Positions 1 through 13,280 of a DNA stretch of 64,000 nucleotides are shown piece after piece. The first letter of the stretch is position 1. Each line of letters opens with the position of its first letter. The position numbers and the translations under genes are program-made. The DNA lies in contig NC_068983.1 in assembly GCF_001194135.2 (NCBI RefSeq), positions 153,239,141-153,303,140 of the forward strand, given 5' to 3'. Below the pieces are notes generated by a model, which was given only the letters and a program-made list of their open reading frames with translations, made no database searches and had not been told where the DNA came from. The stretch comes from Octopus bimaculoides. Its lineage: Eukaryota.

Positions 1-19
1 ATATGTCTGTGCATGCGTG

Positions 20-145
20 AATACGGCAGTTAGCTGGCATTTTGTCCGTCTTTACTTTCTGAGTTCAACTACGCATTTCATCCTCGCAGGGTCAATAAAA
101 TTAGTACCAGCTGAGCACAGGGGCTGATGTAATCGACTTAATCCT
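20..145 (+). mobile_element. Degenerate tRNA-derived SINE (family B)
   Basis: TTCTGAGTTCAA..CATTTCATCCT..GGGTCAATAAAATTAGTACCAG..TAATCGACTTA matches the reverse complement of the copies at 51550-51780 and 36878-37088. Confidence 0.6.
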
Positions 146-2199
146 CTTGTAAGATTGCTGGGCATGTGCCAAAATTTGGAACCAACATATATCTGATCCA
201 CTCAACGAAAGGACTAACACGTGAAATTTTGTGGCAGTGAGATTAAATCGATTGGATTGATCCCAGAGTTCGATTCGTACATATTTTACAAACCTCAAAA
301 GGACGAAAGGCAAAGTAGATTTTGGCAGCATTTGTGATAAATTCTGAAGAAATACCAATAACCATCTTGCTTGGCTTGCGCACAGACACACACACACTCA
401 CACACACACGTACGTATGTGTAGTGTAAATATTAAGAAGAATAAAAATGACCACGCCTGGATGAATTTCTCTAAAAGTGGTAATAACCTAACTCTTTAAT
501 ATAACATGAAAATACCCCAATCTGTAGGATGTTTGTCTTTCAGCATAAAGAGAAAAAATATAGAGGGAATGATAAAGAGAACTAATCAATGAGTAATGAA
601 AATTAGTGTTTCTTGATACTGAACCGAGACCATCCAATTTGATAAATCAAATTCATGTAATTTTAGTCGGGTAGCTAAAACCTGAATGCAGCTGTTTTAT
701 TGCTCACTTTAAAAAAAAAAGGAACAACAAAACAATGGGAGATCCATCTTAAAATCTGATATGGTGCTTGCATCTTTTCTTTATAGCTTAGGTTTGCATT
801 GTATACCTTTCATTCATGGATAAACCCAAGTAATAGAAACATACATGAGTGCATAACATTCATACTTGCATTGTACACACAAACACGCACGCGTATACTC
901 ACATACACATGTTCTCCTAGCTACACACTCTCCCATGGATAGTTGTATGTACATGCGTCCATGCCTGTGTGTACCTCTAAATATATACGCATTTACATGT
1001 ACATGCTACATACGCACACATATTCGCAAACACACCTGCGCTCTGTGTGAGTGTGAGCGCGTGTACGTATGTGTGCGTGCGCATGTCTGTATGTGTGTGT
1101 ATGTGTGAGACTATGGGTGCAAGTGAATTACATGTACAGGAAGATAATGTGAAAGGAAAATAGATTGAAATGTGTGTCTGTATAATAGCTATATACGTTA
1201 GTGATTCGGAAACGTGTTTGGGATATTGATGTGTGTTCCCATTTACGGAAAGAGTAAAGGATCTGTACGCCTTGTAATTTCTCTTTTTCACATTATCAGT
1301 GACCCTCACCTTCAAGCAATCCTTCAATTTCTCTTCTTTTTCTTTGTGTGCGAAACGAAAATCTGCCGGTATTCTTACCAAATTAACGTGAATGTAATAT
1401 TATATGTGTTTCTACATGCAGATTAACCCGTATATCATGCGTATGATAAATACTTCAGCTGTCAAAAAACACTTCTATATCTTTTTTTTTAAGAATTTTC
1501 TCATAGAAGATATCACAGTGACTGAATATATAGTAACGAATTAAAAGGTATTTAGTAGGTGAGGTCACATTATCTTCAAATCACCACTGGGTTCACAGTG
1601 ACTTCTACATTTGAGATCCATCATAGGAGTAACATGTTAATGGTATTGGTAAAAAGACAATATACATTCTCGCTAAAATGTATGTTCTACTACTTTTGTT
1701 GCAAATCATATCTTTTCTAAGAAATTATTCTTTAAATTGCTTACGTAATTGATATGAATGTGAACAATCAATATTGACTTTTATAATTTGTTAATGAATT
1801 TTACATAAGTATGTAGAGGATTGGTATAAAATATCGGATTTGGGATTAGAGTAATTGTCTATATTTAGTCGCATGTTTTAACTGTTTATATTAAACCATT
1901 GTTGTAATCATATAATGCGTTTCATGAAATACACCGTACGACGACGTCACCAAAACTTTATAAGAATAGATACAAGCACACGTATAAAAATATATATATA
2001 CACACACACATACATACATACATACATACATCCGTATGTATACATCGATGTATGTATAAACATTGATTTTAACGCATTTTATGTGATAACTCTGGAAGAC
2101 AAGTTGTTATGCTGACAAAACCAACGTGTAGTATGTAACTATGCTTATATGAACGTGTGTACATATCAAATAATAGCCTTACCCTCTCTCTACCTCCCC

Positions 2200-2365
<166 letters not shown>

Positions 2366-2644
2366 CACGTTCATATACCTACAGCATTGCATAACAAGTA
2401 CTAATGCTTTAGCGTAATTCACATTAATGCGGAGTTCGATCATACGAGCCAAAATCTGATTTTCTCTCTTCACAATTAATTAATGATTATAGAGAATGTG
2501 ATAGGCTGATCGATCAGTATTTTTATAGCGGAACTTAAACATGATTGCTTTACATACGATTATGGAGTTGTATCGAGTAATTATGTTTTTAGTATCGCAC
2601 GTAAACAAATGATTGTGCACCAGCTGAAACTAAAAAATAGTCGA

Positions 2645-2780
2645 ATATTGGTGTAGGTAGGCACTAGACGGAAAAAAGTAGGCTTTGCCGTACGCATCGG
2701 ACTAGAATCCACACCTTTATGAGTTCGAGTCTCATGCATAAGATAAACCCTAGTTTCCTTTTTTTTTTAGCTGTCAAAGG
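2645..2780 (+). mobile_element. Possible old tRNA-head SINE remnant
   Basis: B-box-like GAGTTCGAGTCTC near 2720 in a locally GC-richer patch; the rest is highly degenerate. Confidence 0.3.
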
Positions 2781-2878
2781 CTTATATGCCCCAATACTAG
2801 TCTATTTAAACTTAGACGATGCACATTGATCGCTTATAATCATTATCGCATCTATATACATATACATACATACATTTA

Positions 2879-2935
<57 letters not shown>

Positions 2936-3205
2936 GCGCGTACACGCATAAAGACATTCGTTTTGACATGCTTACAGACATTTTTCATCATTTACCTTTT
3001 AGACGTTTCACATATAAGACTGCGGCTATGCTACCTTGTAGGTTAGTTTAATCGAAGAGATCGACATCACTACTAAATTTACTTTTAACGACCCACTAGA
3101 TTACAGAATGTCAACGAGAGGTGAGTTACAAGGATACTACATACAGCAAATCACACACATACACAGATACTATTCACATATGTGTGTGTGCGCGCTCACT
3201 CGCCT

Positions 3206-3310
3206 GACGGGCTTCTTTCACTTTCTGTCTACCAAATCCACTAACAAGGCATTGGTCAGATCCGGCCTGTAGTAGTAGAAGACACTTGACCAAGTTTCCT
3301 CAGTTTGGGA
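3206..3310 (-). mobile_element. SINE family A fragment
   Basis: GACGGGCTTCTTTCA..TCTACCAAATCCACT.ACAAGGC..GTAGTAGAAGACACTTG is shared with the copies at 50047, 57840 and 61490. Confidence 0.75.
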
Positions 3311-3372
3311 CGTATATAAATGTATATATATTAACACCTACATGTATATGTATATAAATATATATGTATATG

Positions 3373-3403
<31 letters not shown>

Positions 3404-3769
3404 NNNNNNNNNNNNNNNNNNNNNNNNNNNNNNNNNNNNNNNNNNNNNNNNNNNNNNNNNNNNNNNNNNNNNNNNNNNNNNNNNNNNNNNNNNNNNNNNN
3501 NNNNNNNNNNNNNNNNNNNNNNNNNNNNNNNNNNNNNNNNNNNNNNNNNNNNNNNNNNNNNNNNNNNNNNNNNNNNNNNNNNNNNNNNNNNNNNNNNNNN
3601 NNNNNNNNNNNATATATATCAACAGGTTGGTCTAGAGTAATCCATAAGCAGGAGAGGTGCAGCCGGAGTGTAGAAAGTCCTGAATAAAGTCTAAAAGTGT
3701 GTAGAAAGGTAGAAAGTTAGTGGGTGATGAGAGGAGACAGGATCAAGTGGTGCGACCACGTGAGCATAT

Positions 3770-3960
3770 GATATGTATAGAGAGAATTCACAAAAAACAA
3801 CAGACGAAGACAGGGGGTGTAGAAAACAAATAGATGTATTAGTATAACACTCGGGAATTGAAAAAAGTCTTTAACGTTTCGCGCCTACGCTCTTCCAAAG
3901 ACAGGAACTCTCCATTTTTTCTCTCCTTGTTTCTTTCTGTGTTCTTATCAGTGCACACTT
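3770..3960 (-). mobile_element. Penelope-type pLTR-like repeat with hammerhead-like core
   Basis: Homologous to 47220-47390 (+). The minus strand reads GTCTTTGGAAGAGCGTAGGCGCGAAACGTTAAAGAC..TTCCCGAGTGTTATACTAATACATC. The Penelope origin is inferred. Confidence 0.55.
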
Positions 3961-5117
3961 TTCATAGCTGTTAAATTTTTCTTGCATACATACATTTAAT
4001 TATGTCTATATGATATTGAACCATTTACCTTATTATCTTTCTTCCGATCCCTTAATTTCAATCAATAGATAATATGTATTTTTTCCAGAAATATTCCATA
4101 TGCAAGTCGTGATCATTGTTTTAGTGGCCTTTTTAGCGACAACCTAATAGTTACGTAATGATGATGTATTATGGTAATTCTACATAGTAGTTATCTTTTT
4201 AATATTTAAACTGATCTGTGTATCCATCTTAGTTAACATGGTTCTGATATATCTTTTTAAAATTAAAATTAAAACAAAATTTATTCTATTTTTATACAAA
4301 ATAATATTACATGATTTTTGCTATACCTTGATTATAAACTTTTTTCCCGCTGAGCCTTTAATGTTTTCCGAGATCCCAGTATAGCGACCAAACCGAAAAT
4401 AATGACAAGAGTTAATGCCATCCCTACACTACCATTTTATTGGCATTTACTGCTATGTAATTGACTCCTTCTAAAGTGAGTTTCTTTTTGTGGTGAGGGG
4501 TACTTATGGCAGTAAGTAATTAAGAAATAGCAAGACATTAAGGAATAGGAGAAACATCTAGTAATATTTATTCATGACCAGCAGCCAACTCTGAGTTGGC
4601 AACTCACAATGTTGTTTATTCTCAATAAACTTAGTATTCTAGCCTTAGATATTTTGTTGATGATAAGAGGGTAGATAAAAAATTAGAAATGAATTATAAT
4701 CCTCTGGCACCCTTTGTGTTCCATGACACTCCAAAATTGTAGTTCTTCTCTTAGATTATTCTTACTGCAATAGTGGCGACATGAAATTCTTTCATCTTCT
4801 AGCCCTGATAAAATCTTTGAGGAAAATTAAGTTAATATATGTTGTCTGTTGAAAATCCGTATTTATTGCAACTGAAGGTAGCACTGAGTTTAAATTGATG
4901 TAATCCGCGCATTGTTCAATTAAATAGGGGCCACTTGAAACGGTAGTATTACACTAATACTTGAAATCCTGTGACATATTTTGATTTTTCTCACTTTACT
5001 TCGAGCTGTGCGGATAATACCTCACTGACTTGGTGCATCAACTTAAGTACCTAATTCAACTGTGTGCGTCTGCGTGTCTGCGTGTGTGTGCGTGTGTGTG
5101 TGTGCGTGTGCGTGCGT

Positions 5118-5265
5118 ATGTATATAAATCCCCAAAATGGAAAAACATAAAAGACGACAATAAAACCATACCGACAGATAGACAGTAGAAAGACTGGCAA
5201 GAAAACCAGGACGGAACATTCGTGGCTTTCTATTCTTCAGCCACGCTTCCAAACATCATAACAGT
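5118..5265. repeat. Dispersed repeat, copy 1 (about 150 bp, homologous to 5895-6050)
   Basis: GACGACAATAA..CCAGGACGGAA.ATTC.TGGCTT.CTATTCTTCAG..CTTCCAA.CATCAT.ACAGTT is present in both copies. Confidence 0.8.
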
Positions 5266-5631
5266 TGCAAAACTCTAAAGCCATTAAAGTTGTCGAAGAA
5301 AGCGAGCGAACATATACAAAAATATATATATATATAAAAAACAAGAAAGCGGACAGAATGTTACACGATTTCAAATACAAACAACAAGAATAACAGGTAT
5401 CTTTCGACTAGAATGATAAGTTAAGCTGAACGAGCGTGTGTAGTGGAAGCCTTACGGCACAAACGTAGATGAAATTCAGGAGACAGGAAAATAAGGTGTC
5501 GTGCGAGCGGTGATCAGGCCAAGAAAGAAAGATCATGCTTGGCCGAGTACTGAGCACGTGGGAGGAACAGAGAGAGGTAGGGAGCAGAGGGCTTGAAGAG
5601 TTAGGGAAGGATTTAAAGAGAGAGAGAGAGT

Positions 5632-5662
<31 letters not shown>

Positions 5663-5894
5663 AAGGATAGGGGAAAGGGACAAGGGAGATAGCAGAGGAA
5701 AGTAGAGAGATTAAAGAAAAAGAATGCCAAGAAATGTGAGAGAGGGGGAGTGAGATAAAGAAAAAAATGGAAAGAAAGAGAATGCGAAGAAAGTGAGAAA
5801 TGGGGCAATAAAAAGAAAAAGAGGAAAGAAAGAAGAAACTCGTACAGAATTTAGATATATACTTACAAGATGAGCAAAAGGTGCACGTACGCCG

Positions 5895-6050
5895 GTGTAT
5901 GTATATATAGATCCGAAAACCGGAAGAATACAACAGACGACAATAACAAGATACGGACAAAAAGGATGATACAAAAACGGACAGGAAGACCAGGACGGAA
6001 TATTCATGGCTTCCTATTCTTCAGTCAACCTTCCAATCATCATTACAGTT
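5895..6050. repeat. Dispersed repeat, copy 2
   Basis: Same shared sequence as 5118-5265, in the same orientation. Confidence 0.8.
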
Positions 6051-6906
6051 TCACACACACACACGCATATATATATATATANNNNNNNNNNNNNNNNNNN
6101 NNNNNNNNNNNNNNNNNNNNNNNNNNNNNNNNNNNNNNNNNNNNNNNNNNNNNNNNNNNNNNNNNNNNNNNNNNNNNNNNNNNNNNNNNNNNNNNNNNNN
6201 NNNNNNNNNNNNNNNNNNNNNNNNNNNNNNNNNNNNNNNNNNNNNNNNNNNNNNNNNNNNNNNNNNNNNNNNNNNNNNNNNNNNNNNNNNNNNNNNNNNN
6301 NNNNNNNNNNNNNNNNNNNNNNNNNNNNNNNNNNNNNNNNNNNNNNNNNNNNNNNNNNNNNNNNNNNNNNNNNNNNNNNNNNNNNNNNNNNNNNNNNNNN
6401 NNNNNNNNNNNNNNNNNNNNNNNNNNNNNNNNNNNNNNNNNNNNNNNNNNNNNNNNNNNNNNNNNNNNNNNNNNNNNNNNNNNNNNNNNNNNNNNNNNNN
6501 NNNNNNNNNNNNNNNNNNNNNNNNNNNNNNNNNNNNNNNNNNNNNNNNNNNNNNNNNNNNNNNNNNNNNNNNNNNNNNNNNNNNNNNNNNNNNNNNNNNN
6601 NNNNNNNNNNNNNNNNNNNNNNNNNNNNNNNNNNNNNNNNNNNNNNNNNNNNNNNNNNNNNNNNNNNNNNNNNNNNNNNNNNNNNNNNNNNNNNNNNNNN
6701 NNNNNNNNNNNNNNNNNNNNNNNNNNNNNNNNNNNNNNNNNNNNNNNNNNNNNNNNNNNNNNNNNNNNNNNNNNNNNNNNNNNNNNNNNNNNNNNNNNNN
6801 NNNNNNNNNNNNNNNNNNNNNNNNNNNNNNNNNNNNNNNNNNNNNNNNNNNNNNNNNNNNNNNNNNNNNNNNNNNNNNNNNNNNNNNNNNNNNNNNNNNN
6901 NNNNNN

Positions 6907-6979
<73 letters not shown>

Positions 6980-7639
6980 GAGAGCGTGTGCTTGTGTGTG
7001 TATTTGTCTAAGTATGAAGTGTTGTCCATACGCTTCTTGCTCTCTTAGAATTCTCCATATAAATCATTATATATGCAAGCAGTATGCATAATTATACGGA
7101 TATTTGATATTGCACGTATTAATACGCTTATCCCAAAATGTCAGGGACACAGAAATCATACGTATTACAGCAATCCGATCAAGTGTTTCTGACGTCATGG
7201 AACGAAAGCAATTTTACATGAAGCTAATATAGTTAATCTAATTAGGTATTTGGGATCGAGTAGAAACTGATGTTCACGTGATAGTGATTAACAGCAAATG
7301 TCGCCACATCACTTATCATTTTCTTGGTCTCCCTCTTGATTGAGATATATCGGCGCCAATTTGCTGATAGGAAACTCAATGATAGAACCTGCAAGAATAC
7401 AAACTTAAAAGTTGCAAGGGAAATATAATTATGATGTTAACGGTAATTCTTATGAGTGCGTATGTGCGTGTACGCTCGTGCGTAAATGTGTATGTTTGCA
7501 CATGTGTGTTCGTGTGTTTGTGAGTTCATGTGTGAGAGCGAGATAACTGTAATGAAGCGTTGAACACTAAGAGAGCTGCTGATAGAGAGTGGTGATAGAA
7601 AATAACGTTGTCCATGGCTAAGATGATGAGTTGAGTATG

Positions 7640-7750
7640 ATGACAACGACAACGATGACGACGATGACGATGATGAGGACGACGATGGCGATGATGAGGA
7701 CGACTACCACGATAATGATGACAACGACGATGACGATGATGATATGATGA
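7640..7750. repeat. Imperfect (GAT/GAC)n trinucleotide repeat
   Basis: Directly visible. Confidence 0.85.
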
Positions 7751-8019
7751 TCTTGTAAAAATCACACCTATTATTTTAAGGAGAAGTAAGTGTGCAAAGA
7801 AGATGCATACATCTCTGCATTGTGTTGACTTATTTAATGCTATTAACCAGTGACATAACATTTTGTACAAACCTAACTTAAAATCCACACTCTGAGTGAA
7901 CTTTCAAGCAAGCTGCTGTGGAGGGTAATTGAGCCTGCGATCAAGCAAGAAACAGGGCAATAATAATAAAGCATTTATTGGTAAACTACCAATATGGTAT
8001 TATCCTACCGATATGGTAT

Positions 8020-8290
8020 TTCTTTAAATTGATTTTAAAACTTGCAACTTCACAAATTTTTGGAGTCCTTTTAAAATTTGAATTTTCAACTTTTAGCATG
8101 TAACAACTACTCATCCTGACCTGATCCCAATGCTGGATGTACAAGAAGGAAACGAAGGACAGATTTGCAATACCAAGATCATCCTGATTCCTAAAAGGTA
8201 TGATATGTCTATGTAGACCAAACGTAGACTGAGATACAGGGGTTTCGGACGTATGGGCAGACAGAATTTCGCGTTTATTATTATAGATTA
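8020..8290 (+). mobile_element. Possible Helitron/Helentron-type non-autonomous element 3' part
   Basis: Ends in CAGACAGAATTTCGCGTTTATTATTATAGATT, resembling HINE/DINE-like termini. This rests on recalled similarity only. Confidence 0.3.
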
Positions 8291-9224
8291 AACGTTAACA
8301 TATGGAATTACAATCTATAAGTTATAGTGTAATATTTTTATACGTATTGTATACAATTATTTGCAATTTTTTCACTAAACACCAAATTCAATTAGAAAAA
8401 TTGCTGAATTATCTACTTATAATAATGTAGTTTTGAACGTTTACATTCCTGTACCTTTGTTAGTAAAGGCACGCGAGAAACAGGCATCTCTACTTATTGT
8501 GAGAGAACATCTGAACTTGATACACGTGGAATTATGTCTCAATATATGTTTTCAAGAAAATATAAGCAAAGCTTTACAATTTTCATCGCGTAATCACGAG
8601 AAACAAATGGTAACATGAAATACTTTCAAAAATACAAAACAAAATGCATATTTATAAACATAATCTGCTATGAATTCCAACTCATCAGTAGTATTTTGCA
8701 TATACACTAATATTTCTTGAAATTTCAATTAAATTTTCTGTGGTTTGTAAAATACATTATTTATGTTGTACTGATAATTTTCTACATATTGTATTGAGAT
8801 GTAATAGTCAAAGATGTCTGGGCATAGTAATAGGTTACATGAAATGCGGCAATGAACTAGAACATAAAGGATATGGTCTAAAATACATTTCATTGCTGGA
8901 AATGTAGTGATCAAAATTCGGAATGGATAGCAAAGTTGACTGAATGTCATTTATCAAAATATTACCCATCAAAATTTTTATAGATGATACCAGATATCCT
9001 CAAAAAATGTCTATATCAAAATGGGTTTCCAGTTTCCCTGATATTATAAACTTTACTATGTATGTATAGTTCAGAATAGAGAGAGGGAGAAGAAGAGGGA
9101 GTAAGACACAAGGAGGGGAAGAGTAACAGAGAGTAAGAGAGGGAGAGAGAGAGAGAGGGAGTGATCAGAGACCTGTTCGGAGCTATACACCCAATGGTCG
9201 ATTTAGGGGTACATATTCCACCCC

Positions 9225-9375
9225 TGAGCAAGATGCCACCGCAGGACTAATCATTTTTACTAGATGAGCGGACAGAAGCAACGTGGAATAACGTGTACTG
9301 TGTGTCACCCGGACCAGAAAACGAAACCACAATTGCATGTTCGTGAGTGCAACACCCTAACCACAAAAGCACGTG
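9225..9375 (-). mobile_element. Degenerate tRNA-derived SINE (family C)
   Basis: Plus strand GAGCGGACAGAAGCAACGTGGAATAA..CCCGGACCAG..CGAAACCAC..CAACACCCTAACCAC is the reverse complement of a tRNA-like head with A/B-box remnants. Confidence 0.55.
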
Positions 9376-10589
9376 CTCTTTCGTATGTGTAGTTACCATC
9401 ATTAAGATAAATTTGTGCAATACGGAGGTGTAAGATATTTCTTTATTTAGGCTTCCATCCTTTACTATTTTCTAATTTCTGTATTTGTAATGTGAGGAGT
9501 TTTTATAATAAAAAGAAATTAGTACAATAGCTATATAAAGTACCCACCTCATCAGTCCCCCAGGAAAGAAATTTTAAAATGAAAATAGACCAACAAAGGT
9601 GGCAAAAAATGTTTTGAAGAAAAACTTCAACCAATTACAGATTTAATGTTTGTATTTGTGTTACATTGTTTTATTAAAGATATTGAATAACACGAAATTG
9701 TTTTCAGACACTTATAATGCAATAATAGAAATTGTAAGAAAAGTCAGCTTTATATATGTTTGTGTGTCATAAATGTATATGTAAATGCATAGATATATTT
9801 ATATATTTATATTCATATANNNNNNNNNNNNNNNNNNNNNNNNNNNNNNNNNNNNNNNNNNNNNNNNNNNNNNNNNNNNNNNNNNNNNNNNNNNNNNNNN
9901 NNNNNNNNNNNNNNNNNNNNNNNNNNNNNNNNNNNNNNNNNNNNNNNNNNNNNNNNNNNNNNNNNNNNNNNNNNNNNNNNNNNNNNNNNNNNNNNNNNNN
10001 NNNNNNNNNNNNNNNNNNNNNNNNNNNNNNNNNNNNNNNNNNNNNNNNNNNNNNNNNNNNNNNNNNNNNNNNNNNNNNNNNNNNNNNNNNNNNNNNNNNN
10101 NNNNNNNNNNNNNNNNNNNNNNNNNNNNNNNNNNNNNNNNNNNNNNNNNNNNNNNNNNNNNNNNNNNNNNNNNNNNNNNNNNNNNNNNNNNNNNNNNNNN
10201 NNNNNNNNNNNNNNNNNNNNNNNNNNNNNNNNNNNNNNNNNNNNNNNNNNNNNNNNNNNNNNNNNNNNNNNNNNNNNNNNNNNNNNNNNNNNNNNNNNNN
10301 NNNNNNNNNNNNNNNNNNNNNNNNNNNNNNNNNNNNNNNNNNNNNNNNNNNNNNNNNNNNNNNTATATGTACGTATGTATGTATGTATATGCGTGTGTAT
10401 ATGCTTCAATGTGTTTATTTATTCAGATGATGGTACTTGCAAGATTAGTAGTGTAACTTTCTCATTTCGAATGCATTAAAGTACAAATGGTCTTTTCCGT
10501 AGGCTTTTCTCTCCATCGATATACCAAATGTTACCCCATTTTACACTATTGACATTTTCTGTGATATACGATACCTTTTCATTTTTAAA

Positions 10590-12928
10590 TGACAGCTGCG
10601 TGGGAGACAAGTAGCAAGCTTGGATGGTCTACTCTACAACCTTTATTGTCATATGCCAAACTTATTTGGAGGCGTCTTAGCAGCAGCCTACTATAAGTGG
10701 CAGCAAAACGGGAGTATCCCCATTTTTGTGAGACGAGGAGCGTTGGCACTGCTAAAGAAAGATCCAAACAGGGAGAACGTCATTGGTAACTTCAGGCCCA
10801 TCACTCAATTCAACGCAGATTTGAAGATTTTGTCCAAGGTGCTGACCGAGAGGTTGGCGCTTGTCATCAAAAAACTGGTCGACAAGGCGCAAACATGCGC
10901 AGTGCCAGGCAGGAGTATCCATGACAATCTCCATTTGATATATTACATCACAGACTAGGTAGCTAAAGAACCTGGCATGGGTGGGCGCTAGTCAATTTGG
11001 ATCAATCAAAAACTTTCGATAGGGTCGTCCATCGTTACATAGAGTATGTCCTTAGGGCGGCTGGTTTCGGTCCTGTCTTTCACGCTTGGATCTTTGCCTT
11101 ATACAGTGGCAACCGCACGGTACATCGCGTAAATAGTAATGTATTCAAACCATTTCACATCACGCGTTCGGTCCGTCAAGAATGCCCCCTCTCGTCACTT
11201 CTATATGTATTGACTCTGGAGCTACTACTGCGGAAGCTGGTGGCGCTGAGGGGTATCCTGCGAGAACTTGGATGCAGGACGTGCGTGTCTGCATATGCGT
11301 ACGACGTCCCCGTCATAGTGTTGATCCACAGGCACATTGACCTGGTCGGTGAGTCACTAAAAGAATGCGAAAAGGTTACGGGAGCGAAAATTAACTTGGA
11401 AAGGTCAGTGGGCTTGCGGTTCGGCACCAGCAGAAGTAAGCCCATGCCATCCAACAGCTTCTCCATCATGGAACACTGGACCGACGGACCTGTTAAATTG
11501 CTCGTGGTCTGGTTCGGATCAGACCTCCAAACAGAGAAGAACTAGGACGAGATAACGAATAGAGTGGCCACTCTCACCCAGCAATAGGCCGAGAAGAAGC
11601 TATCCCTAAAGGTCGGGCCGAGGTGAGGAACGCATACATCACATCAGTCATCTATTATCGTCTGACCGTCGTGTCTTGCTCCTACTCAATCATCACCAAG
11701 CTGGAACGCATACACTTCTGCTTTTTGTGGAAGGGAAGCTTTCCGATGGTTAGGCGATCCAATTGCTGTTTACACCCGCTAAATGGAGGGATAGGCATGC
11801 CGTGGTTGATGATGCGCTGACAAGTGTTGAGACTACTACATCTCAAGCGTTCCATAGACGATGGTGAGCAGGTGTGGTTGCCGTTTGTGAAACGCACTTT
11901 CCCGCATCTCGTCTCTTTGGCCGCACTGCAGTGATGAATCAAACATAGATCGAGGTGAGGTGAAAAACACCGCTAGTGTCACTATGGTCTCGAGCAACTG
12001 TGCTGTCTGGAACCAAACGTATTCTATAGAGGATTAATGGATGGGAGGTGTGACGACGTTCTTTGGGAGAATTTGGGCGTCGACGAGGAACACCTGACCA
12101 ACCTCTTCAGGATCACTTTTGGTCCGAGACTTATGGGCAGTCACCAAAGATCCCTGGCCTGGCAGCGTTATCGGGAGGCATTGCCCATTCGGGATGAACT
12201 CTACAGGCATGGTTCGAGAGACATTGGACCGACTTTTTGAGATATGGTCAGAGCGACGAAACAGTTCTGCACGCACCCGTGCAATGTCTAAACATTTCAG
12301 ACCTGTGGGCTTATGTCGAACGGCTGCTGTCACGTGTGGGACGAACTCGGTTGTCGGCTCAGTCTGTTATGAAAATTATCCCGCCACCTTCCGTTAACCG
12401 GGAAGGCACGGCAGTTGCGTTGTAATGGTGACTATGGTGAAAGAATGTGTGTGGTGGACTCCCGCGAAATGGTTAGAGACAAACACTTTTCTCTGTGATC
12501 AATCGCTCATCAACTTTTTCAAGTAACACTTGAAAATGAAGGTGAGAATAGAGAGGGAAGATTTGTCTCACGAAAGGTGCAATAAAAGGTGGGTAAATGT
12601 AGCAAAGATGGTACGTGTGAATGACGAAACCACTTTGAGCATGATCTTGTAAATCCAAAAGAGAGGGAGAGCACTTTGCTCTCATGTGTTTCTTTCCCTG
12701 CCTGAGGTTACCATGGTCTTTTTCGTAGGAGTTTCTTTCCATGGATAAACCTAATCTGTATTACATTTTTACTCCCTCTTTTTGGAACTCTATTATAAAT
12801 GGAAAATTGTCATCTCGCTGTTTACATGTACCAAACGCTTTCGATCCCGTTTGATACATTTTTTTCCCGAAAAGAAAATTTCTACATTGCATTGTCCCCT
12901 CTGTATTCGGCCTTGTGAGGCTAATAAA
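10590..12928 (+). mobile_element. 5'-truncated, degenerate L1/Tx1-clade non-LTR retrotransposon (RT, C-terminal CCHC-like region, 3' UTR)
   Basis: Motifs NFRPITQFNADLKILSKVL, QTCAVPGRSIHDNL, DQSKTFDRVVH, VRQECPLSSLLY, AYAYD (a mutated YADD), KINLERS and ETVLHAPVQC..W occur across several frames with stops and frameshifts. It ends in AATAAA at 12923-12928. Confidence 0.9.
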
Positions 12929-12934
12929 TCTATA

Positions 12935-12990
<56 letters not shown>

Positions 12991-12991
12991 G

Positions 12992-13042
<51 letters not shown>

Positions 13043-13098
13043 AATCAATCTATCTATGTATCTATGTATGTATGTATGTATGTGTGTATGTATGTATG

Positions 13099-13162
<64 letters not shown>

Positions 13163-13213
13163 AATCTATTTACTTACCTACCTACCTACCTACCTACCTA
13201 CATACCTACCTAC

Positions 13214-13280
<67 letters not shown>
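12929..13280. repeat. Compound tetranucleotide array (TATC)n/(TATG)n/(TACC)n
   Basis: Directly visible; begins immediately after the AATAAA of the LINE. Confidence 0.95.

Noticed and set aside
5206-5242. Hammerhead reading of CTGAAGA..GAAT..GTC on minus
   Set aside because: It has GAAT instead of GAAA, stems I and III do not form, and an alternative hairpin sequesters the core.
12929-13280. Possible CRISPR-like or coding repeat array
   Set aside because: It is a pure 4-bp periodic repeat with no spacers, in a eukaryotic context.
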